Shown here one piece after another: positions 54,079 to 64,000 of a stretch of DNA of 64,000 bases; the first letter of the stretch is position 1; each line of letters opens with the position of its first letter. The DNA comes from Sphagnum compactum (lineage: Eukaryota). The stretch is from assembly GCA_965153455.1 (NCBI GenBank), contig OZ234493.1:20574213-20638212 (forward strand), given 5' to 3'. The notes beneath the pieces are model-generated. The model was given only the letters and a program-made list of their open reading frames with translations, ran no database searches and had not been told where the DNA came from. A program made the position numbers and the translations under genes.

Positions 54079-56215
54079 AACTATCTCATCCTTAATCCTT
54101 TTCGGCCCTAATTTGTGACCTTTGATTCATTTAAAAAATTCAGATATCCATCATTTGGGCCGAAGTTTGTTGAGATGCAGAGCCACATACATTAAAAGAT
54201 TGTGGACACATGATGTTTGATTTTGTATCTGACCATTTCATGTTTGATCATCATGATTGTCCTGCATTTGGAGCATGCTTTTTTCTACCTCTTTGTGGAC
54301 CCATTTGGTTTGGAACCACATTTCCGACTGCAATATTAATGGCACATGTGGAGGATATTTTGTTATGGACGATGGGTGGCCCTTGAAAGCAAAGGTACCT
54401 CACATACTCGACTCATACCTGAACTTTAAAAAGGAAGAGAGATGCAGAGAAGAGTGGGCAAAGGATTGTCAGAGAAATTCACAAATACCAAATTCTCTAT
54501 TGAGTTTCAAGTCACAAGGGATGTGATGAGAGATGACAAATGACGTTAAAGAGTTCGTTTGATGGCCTTCAAGACTCCATGAGTGCACCATACAGGATGA
54601 ATTTGGAAGTGCAAACTTCTACTTGAGAGAGTGTCCAAAGTTTTAGAATTCTTTTTTTGTGATGGGTCAATGAAAGTGGCCGATTCACAATCAATTTTGC
54701 TTTTGAAAAAAATGGGTATACACCACAACTAATCAATAGAACTATCAAATAGGTACTCATGTTCTTGGGGTTCTAAATACATGACTTCAATCACCTTGCA
54801 CATTGTGTAAATTGAACATAAATGTTTTAGCAACATACTTCACACCAAGAAATGGACAAAAATTGTCACCGAACATAGGGTCTATTTTCCCTGGTTAAAA
54901 CATTTCCCGTTTCCAAGAATCCAAAAAATACATTAGGGTTGCTATAGGAGGATCACAATGTCAAATTGGGTGTTCAACAAGGGGTATTTTAAATTCAAAT
55001 TAGGGTTTGAGATGCCTTGATAGTTTCATGTTATAGAAACTGGTGAAGGACCTTCAACCGAGCTTAATAATGCAAAAGGCTTAACACTTTAGCCTCCCAT
55101 AAAACCTGAAAAAGAACCTTCAAGTCTTTACTTTCATGGCAAAGAGTTGTAGGGTCTTAGCTAGTTGTTCATGTTCCGTGTAAATAGCAACAAACAATTG
55201 CCTTAGAAATGATCCAAAGGAAACTTCACACCAAGTGTGTAGTTGTTCATTATTATGATTAAATTTTGACAAAACTGATCCTAACTTTTGAGAAAAACAA
55301 ATTGGAGGTTTTGTATGGAGTTGGCTTCTATTAAATAAAGCACTGTAGGGAAAATAGGGGGATGGGTTACCCAACCAACTTGGCCACCACACTCATGTTG
55401 GGCCCCTCTTTTTGGGAAAACCCCCCCTCCCCTCCCCGCCCCCCCCCACCCCTCATCCCTCATTCCTTGGACTTTGCCCTCTACCAATAGGTCTACTTAG
55501 CTGCCGTGAGGTTTTCAATTTCCATCAAGAAAGACTAGGAACTCTTGTTGTCGAACATAACTTGAATGACATGTTGAGTAGTGACTACTAGTAACATGCT
55601 CCTCTCTTTCAACGCATTTTGTGGGTGGGTACTGTGGCACACTCCAACAAATTCTTGACTCAAACAATTGCTTGGTGAACACACTTTGGTTAGGGAATAA
55701 AGTGTGGGTGGGTGACTTATGTCCATCGTCCAAGTGCACTATTGGTCGCAACCAAAACAGCCCATTTGCCCCCACGTCCAAGTCTCCTCTCTACATATCC
55801 AAGAAGGAACTTGGTCATATCATATAAATGCTACAAAATGATTGCTAGAAGAGAATTTTCATCTTTTTCTCAAGTAGTTGTGGTCAAATCTTCCATTGCA
55901 ACAATATAGATGAAAATATTAATCAATTATGTATGTGTAAGAATGTGGATGAATTTCAACCAATTATTGTGTGTAGATTTTGGTTTGTGTGCATATGCAT
56001 CTTTGGCACTTGGATGAGATTGTGAGAGCTACCCTTTTTTTCTTCATTCATTTCCTTTCCTTTCCATTGGGTCAAAGGTAAAATGCTTTTAGGTAGTCAA
56101 AGATTGAACATTTGGAAATCATTGGGTCATCCGGTAACAGAGTTTTCTTGAATGACTTTTAGGTGCATCCAAGATGCATAAGTTTCAACTTTGAGCGTAC
56201 GTAGATTGGACTTGA

Positions 56216-56594
56216 GTGAACCAACATCCATCCATTGGTGCACCATGTAGGATGGATGGCATGTGGATAGGAAACACTTTTTCATCCTATTTCCATCTCA
56301 TAATTAACCACATCATGGTTAATCACATTGGTTAGCTATGTACTAACCATCTACACCTATCTACTAGCTACCTACCTAGTAACCATCAAATGCCTTACTT
56401 ACATACTTACCTACATAGGAACCACTTACATAAGTTGCCCACCTACTTACCTATGACACTTACCTACTTACATAGGTAGTGTGAGGTGAAAATAGTTACG
56501 AAGGTGGGGAACCTTGTTATGGTTCATCCACAATTGAATAATCATAACAAATTTGCAATGGATGGTGCACTGGTGGGTGTTGGGGTTGGGTCAC
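56216..56594. mobile_element. Copy of the 9014-9492 MITE family
   Basis: GTGAACCAACATCC..GGTGCACCATG ... GATGGTGCACTGGTGGGTGTTGG..GTCAC, with shared internal TAACCA..TGGTTA and CCTACCTA motifs. Confidence 0.65.
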
Positions 56595-59500
56595 ATAATT
56601 GGGGAGGATTGGATGAAGCTATTATGCATCTATTGCACTTGGATGACATTCAGCTACCTACTTTGTCCACATTGGTCAAAGGCGCAAAATTTGAGGTGGT
56701 CAAGATTGAGCTTTGGAAATCATTTGGGTAGGAAGGCCCTGTAACAGAAGAAGAATGAATTCTCTTGAAAGAATGACTTTTGGATGCATGCGTCTGTTTG
56801 TTGCATCTTTGCTTGATAGGCCGAGCTGACATAATAACAATGTAGTTTTCATTTGGTCCAATGCTTTGAGGAATGTTCACGGAGTGTTATTACGAATTAT
56901 GAGTTCAATTTCTTTTAGGGGAAGTTCACAATGTGTAATTTGGTTTTGGGGTCCTATTTAGATAATAAACTTTTTTCTGTAGTGGGATAAGCAACCATCT
57001 ACAAAGCTCCACTTTTTGTGTTATCAATGTCCATTTTGGAAGTGAATAGACAAACTCGAGAATTCACAATCAATATGTGAATCAAAAGTGTCAAAACCAA
57101 TTACACTTTGGAACAAGCTCTAGAACAACTTGTTACCACCTAACTCAACTATGGTTCCCCTTGCCGGGCTCACAATGTTAAGGGTCGAATAGGCCCTACC
57201 ATAGTACATTTCCTATTTTAGCTCTTCTAGGTTTGAACCTTGCCATTAGGCAAATAAGCCACTTGTTTTTGAAAAGAGTGAAAGGGCCAACAACCAAGGA
57301 TAGTGGGTTAGGGTGCATCACATGCTTCTTGAGTAACCCCATTTAAATTTTTTAATAATAAGCTACTGAATTTCTGAATAATAAGGTTACAATCTCAACC
57401 CTTTTAACCCTTATCAAAGGCTTCAAAATAATGACACTTGTTACGGCGTTTCCAGCCATGATCCCTGGAATGAAAAGACTTATGCATTATACAAAAAATA
57501 CCACATATTTGCAAAACAATAATACATACACTATAACATGTATATTATATGCATAGATTATTATATATATTCAGAATGGTAAGTCTGTGCTACTTTATGC
57601 AAGGATAGGGGTTAGCGCCCGGTTCACCGAGTGGCCACTTAGCCCATGCTAAGGGCAGCCCCACACCCTCTCTTGTACTAATGAAAGACTCTAGAGCTTG
57701 CCAATACTTAACTTTACTCACAGGAAAGCAGCATTTGCACATGAAAGAGTTGCTTGGGTTTGGGTTTCTAAATCACGGTTAAGTATTCCCTTAATAACTA
57801 GTCATGAAACCCTAGCTTTGGCTAGTACTCAAGCTCATGGGATGAAACAAGAAACCAATGTTGGGTGGGTAAACTTTAACCCGGATATACCCATGGGTGA
57901 ATATATGAGTAAATATACCCCTTACGTGATTGAGAATTTTCTTACAACGTGTTTCATTACCCGACCCGACGTTAGTAAATTGTACATAATTATCCTCTAT
58001 TTACTCTACCTGACTGGTATACATAGATTTCAGGTTAACCTTTAACCATGGGTAGGGCAATGTGTGTTGTGGATATATATGCTTCACTACAAAATGATAA
58101 GCCTGATTCTAACTAGCCTGGAATCTTCAGTACCTATCTTGGCTGCTTGTGCAAACAAGCTAATGGTAGCCATTTCTCCAAGTTACCAAAAAGGGGATGA
58201 AATGCTAAGCTTTACCCACCTTTATGTTAATTTGTCTTTGGGCCCCAGTGCAATTGCTGCAAGTTCATCCCCAATTTGAGTGGAACTAGAAAGTGAGGGG
58301 AGTTTGGTAGCATTTAGTGAAATTGGGTATCATCACTTCACAAGCTCCAATGGACTCAAAATGACCACACCCCCAAAAAGGCATTTCAATCCTTGCAAAT
58401 CATGTCCTTTACAAAAGTGATGGAAACTTCTAGTGTTGACACCTAAAAAGTGAAAAGTACATATCAACACTCAAAAGGCCAAAGGCAAAGGTTTAGGGTT
58501 TTTGTCAAAAGCAAAAAAAACCCTAACATCATCTTGGTGTGCTACTTTATTTCTCTATCTTCACATGGTTGGGATCATTCAAGGAGTTTTGTTCTTTTTT
58601 GTTCGAATCAAGAACATGGATTTGACCCTTGGGTGCTTGCATCATACCCTAGGTTTGCAATTGTCATGAGTTTTCCTCTTCACGTCTAGAGGAAAGGGGG
58701 TGTTGTGAAGAAAATCCTTCTTGTAAGGTGTTCATAGTTTGTTCATATCATAAAGTTGCAGACATGGACAATACATTTGGTAAGATTAGGCACAAAGCTC
58801 ATCCTTTTGGGGTTTTATCATCAATCATGTGTTTCCTATGTGGGATTCAATACCCAAAGTTATCATGTTGGGGTTAAATTGTATCCAAGCTTATCTTTTT
58901 ACAACTATTTTGTTGGAAACACCAAGATCCATAGCCAATTTTGTGTTTGGGGTTATGTTTGAGCCATATTTTGATCACCCTTTCATGGCTACTTCACTAG
59001 TAGAATTTTGAGCAAGGAGGTGGAACCTTCTTGTTAGTAACATGCCATGTGACAATCTTGTATTTTGCTTGTTAAAGGCTAGGCAACAATAACTCATGGT
59101 ATGTATAGATAAGACATTCATTCCATAATCTAGAGCACTTGGTGTAGTCAAATTGCAATTTGCTCCAAGAATCTAGTCAAAAAGCACAATTTAAAAAGGA
59201 ATTTGTAAAGGTCAACAAGTTAGAGAGGACAAACATAACCTCAATTCAACATACTTAAGTTCTATGCAATGCTTGTAAGTTGTTTTGTGTCGAGCCTTGC
59301 ACATGAGCTTGTTATGTACTGCATGACCTTGGAAGCAACATGTGAAATGATTGCTTTCTTCCCACTTCAAGGACTAGCCATTGGGATGGAAGCAATTTTG
59401 AAAGTCCGTTGCTTGTAAATAAAACCTCCAAAACTTTTACATAGATTTTCAAACCTTGGGTTTTCTTCCATCTTAACAAGTTGGTTGTTTTGGCCACCCT

Positions 59501-62397
59501 TGTTATGAGGTGTTAACTTGCCAGTGATTGTTGAAATGCAAAAAATTCTCAAGGTCTTTTGAGTTGGTCAATTTCTTAAAGTTGAGTTGTAGTTATTTAA
59601 TTTTATAGCTTTTGTTTTAAAAACAAAGATGAAAAATGTTTTGGAGTTGAATAACTCCACCCACATAAAATTATGTGTTTAAATAAAAACTTTAAACACT
59701 TCATGACCTTGTTTATGTTATGATTTTTTATGGTTTGACTTATGTATAGGATTTGTTTTGCGTATGATACAATCCTAAGTTGTAATTTTCATGTTCATGA
59801 CATCAACTTTCAATTAAAAAAACTCAAGTCCCCTCGAAATATATATTCAACTTTAATGCAATATTTTTTTCAACATAACATTCAACCCCATTTTGGTCTT
59901 TTTGTCCCTATCCAACTTGACCAAATTGTCATTTGGACAAGTTATTTTGGACTTGTAAATTTTGATTATAATCAATGTCCAAAAAAAAAATTCAGTTTCA
60001 AATAACAATTCTTTTGACCAAAAATGTTTTGCCCCATTTAAAATTAATAGTAATATTATTTAAATATTTGACAATAATTTATTAATGTTACCTAGGTAAA
60101 TAAGTATAGGTAGGTAGATTATTTACCTACCTACATACTCTAGCCTACCTAAGTAATCATATGAATATTTTGCAAATGTGAAAAGTTGAACCTTTCACCG
60201 GCATGAGGATAAATCAATTCCTTAACCAATGGATCACAATTTCAAAAGATGATAATGTTTTATGAATTTATTCATTTGATTTATTTATTACAAATCTTGG
60301 TACATAAATAGGTATGGGTACATAATAGGTAGGCAAGTGGTTAGTTAGGCTAAACCTACCTTACACAACCACCAACTTGTTCATGCACCCACTAAACCAC
60401 CTAGGTTATTTAATTATTTAGCTTATCATCCCTACTTACCAACTCAACCTAGCTAAAACCTAGCCTAAATAACCTATTAACTAAACCTAGGTAGATAAAT
60501 TAAACCTAACAAGTAACCTAAATATGTTAGATTGATTATTATATTATAAATTTCATATTATATTAATTACATAATTATTATTTATCCAACTATTATTTTC
60601 CCATGTAATAAAAGGGTAGGTTAGGCTAGGCATTTCTTGAAAAGGTACATGGTTGATTTGAATCAATGTCAAATCATTAGCCAATTTGATTAAGTCTTTC
60701 CATCTTGATTTATCAATTTTTGTTTTTTTGTCCTTTTGAATTAGATGTTCATATTAACACTTGGTAAAAAAATCAATTTAGTCAAAATAACTAGTCAAAA
60801 AATCATGTGTTGTTTATGCCTAAGTCTGTAGTTAAGGTGAACATCTCTTGTGATCAATGTGAACGCTTTAGTCAACTTACACTTTTTGAAAAACTGTGAT
60901 TTCTTATAAAATCTTTTGTTGAATTGAATTTCTTAACATGATTCTAAATTAAATTGTAAATTGAGTATGTTTGATGTTTTAAATTGTTGAATAGAAGGCA
61001 AGTTTGCAACTATCACAAGTTTTTCTAGCCAACCTTAAACAAACAAAATACAGAATTGTAAATATTTTTTCACAACATGTTGTTAAGAAGATTCTACCTC
61101 CTCATTGAAAACTCTTTTAATGAAGTAGTCATGAGTGGATTATCAAAGTGCGGTTCAAAGCCAACCTCGAACATAAAATTGTTCTAGTTCCTAAAACAAT
61201 TTTTAGTTTCTAACAAAATATAGTACAAGGTTGAGTTGAATCAATAGAGCACCAACATGACAACTTTGAAGATTGAATCCTACATTTTAAGGAATTTTGA
61301 TGATAAAATCTAAAAGGATAAACTTTGTGCCTAATCTCAGTGAAAACATTGTCCACTGTTTAAAACTTTATGATGTGAACAAACCATGAATTATGTATAG
61401 AAAGGATTTGTTTCATGACCCTCCCTTTCCTTTTGATGTGAATACAAAAAAATCATGACAATTGCAAACATTTGATATGATGCAAACACCCAAGACTCAC
61501 ATCTAAATCCTTGATTCTAACAAACTAACAACTTGAATGATTGTAATCATGTGAAAGTATAGAAATAAATTGCCACATTGATAGGGTGTGATTACTTGTT
61601 GAAAATCAATGGCAATGAAGCATAAACTACTAGGATTGGTATGGTAGCGAACAATCTTGAAACTCCAATGGACAAAGCTCAAATACATTAATAATAGTAA
61701 GTTGCAACTACCCATGTTATAATAATTGATGTCACTAATCTTGCTCCTCAACTTGCTTCCATCTTTGATTGTGAAAGACGTCAAAACCTAAACTATGAGC
61801 AAACTATGAACAAGCACACTAGACTAATTCATCAAAACATGAGTCTAGTTACATTCTTTTAATTTTATTGCAATAAGTCACGATGTAAGGACTTCCACAC
61901 AACATCATCACATTGTTAACAAATTTGGATTGAAAAAACTTTCTTATGGGTTCTTCTATCTACTAGTTTGCACATAGTGAGTTGAAGCTCATTGTATGAT
62001 CCTACAAATCTTGTGAATTTTGATGACTTAATTTCATGAAACAAAACTCAATTTCATTCACTTTTATGGTATTCATTCACATTGGGGATGAAACAAGGAT
62101 GAAAGGGCAAAACTAAGGCCCAAAGACAGGATGATTTTTGAGATAGCTACTTCATTGCTATCTATCACTAATGAGCCACTTTGTGTTTTAAATCTGTTTG
62201 TAACTATTCAAGCCTAATACAAGCCAGAATGAACCAGCACCCACCAGTGCACCATCCAATGGATGGATGCCCCTTATGACTCAGTTGTGGATGTTCATCC
62301 TGAGTTCATCCACAAGTGAGTTATTCTATGGTTTCACCTGGGTAACCCCTTTCTGTTAAAAAAATAGGTACTCTATATATATATGTAGGAACACAGG

Positions 62398-62424
62398 TAG
62401 GGTTTAGGGTTTAGGGTTTAGGTT
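62398..62424 (+). repeat. Short interstitial plant telomere-type repeat (TTTAGGG)n
   Basis: TAGGGTTTAGGGTTTAGGGTTTAGGTT, placed where the 62231 MITE copy stops aligning. Confidence 0.8.
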
Positions 62425-64000
62425 ACCAAGGCAAGAAGGATATCGTGTTTAGATTCATTATTGAGTATATTACACCTTAAGGGATTTTGGCCCCTAGGTA
62501 ATAATAATAATAATAATAGGTCTATTTTTTTATATGAGGATTTTTTTGTGAAAGATGGTATTTTGGCAAACTTGAGATTAGTTATTATAGAGTTATAATA
62601 ATAGCTTGAAGGAGTTTGGTTTTGTTAAGAGGATTGCTTTGAAGATTAATAATATTTTTGCATGGTGAAATAATATTTGAGTTTCCATAATTCTTCTTTT
62701 GCCTTAAGAGACTTGTTAATGTGAATGGCAAGGCCACAATGTGATGCACCCCCTTGTTGGACAAAGAACACAAAGTTTGTTATTGTAGTTGTCACTTCTC
62801 AATGACACAAAAGTGTGTATATTTATCCAAACCAAACCCATACGAATGTTCTACACATAAGGCCACCCCATCACACCCCCCCCCCTCTCCCTTTCCCCAC
62901 ATGTACGTGTGAATAAAACCACCATGCCTTTTGTTGTTCCAACCAAAGGTTCACAAAGAATAAGAAGTTTCTTTAAAAGGATCTTGAGCTTGTTGTCTCT
63001 CGTATAGGGAAAACGACAACTTGAGCCGATGATGGAGCAATAAGCAATAACCTAGTAGTAGAAGCAATCGGTTACCCAATTCAATTTATACCTTACAAGT
63101 CTTCATGAACACTCTTACCTCCAAATAGAGAGAGTTTTGGTCCTTTCTGAAACATGATCACCAAGTTCTCACTCATCTTCTTGTAGTTGCCCTTAACCCA
63201 AGTACCTACCTGGTCATGTTCTAAATGCTCCTTACTACTACTACTACTACTTCCTAGCTGAAAACTGGGGGGGGGTTTAGCTTCAATGTGAAGAGCTCGG
63301 GGCTGATTTGGTTGTCCCTTTGGAGTAGTTCTTCAGTGTGCATTGGTTAGGCCAGCAGAGGGAACCTTGCTCTTTAGAATGTTCCCATCACTTTTAACAC
63401 CAAGGGAACTTACTATTTACGCCTATTTTAATGGGCCCTTGGTGATGGATTCTGCCAGGCTCATGGCTACTAGACTTGTCCTATGGGGCTTGCCTTGTGA
63501 CCAATTGGCCAATTGCCCGAGAGAATCGGCCACCCAAGGGCCCAATCACTAGTCCTTAGTGGTGAAAAAATTTACCCGAATTTTTGGAAGAAAATCCATG
63601 CCTCTCCTTCGGAATTACCTTGGGAAAACTACCCCCCCCCCCCCTCTTCACCTCCTTAACTGTGGTCTTCCTCACCAAAATATTGGTTAGAAAAGGGGGG
63701 TGGGGGGGGAGAGGGACCATTCTATTTCCTGAATTTGCAGAAACCTACCAATTACGAACCCGAGTGCACATTCTGGTCAGTGGAGAGGTTACAGACAGTC
63801 GGGGAACCGCCACGTGCTAGACGGCCATGCATGCGAGAACAACAGTGAGTTGGCCAAGTGTGAACGGGGAGTTAGCGGCAATGGCTGACTGCTAAGCCGT
63901 CACAGCGGCTAATAAGTTTTGAGACATGGAACGTGCCGCAGTAGTGAGCGAGGTCCTGGTGGGTTTGTCACCTGGGAAAAAGGACCTGAGAAAAGGCCAT

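Overview
AT-rich, repeat-dense eukaryotic nuclear DNA from a land plant. A bryophyte such as Sphagnum is my inference from gene structure, TTTAGGG tracts and repeat style; the sequence does not prove it. Two intact spliced genes were assembled by hand, and neither appears whole in the ORF track. (1) An 11-exon cereblon homologue on the minus strand (CDS 23520->18535, 610 aa) with a LON-N domain, a Zn-binding CULT domain and an intact tri-Trp pocket. (2) A 4-exon ZNF593/Bud20-like C2H2 zinc-finger gene on the plus strand (CDS 49380->52085, 124 aa) whose first intron is a minor-spliceosome (U12) AT-AC intron. The rest is mostly decayed transposable elements (pogo-like, PIF/Harbinger, L1, CRE/SLACS-like, Helitron, hAT-type, MITEs), three of them nested with reconstructable empty sites. 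I found no convincing novel multi-gene system. All family calls are by eye and from memory, without database searches.
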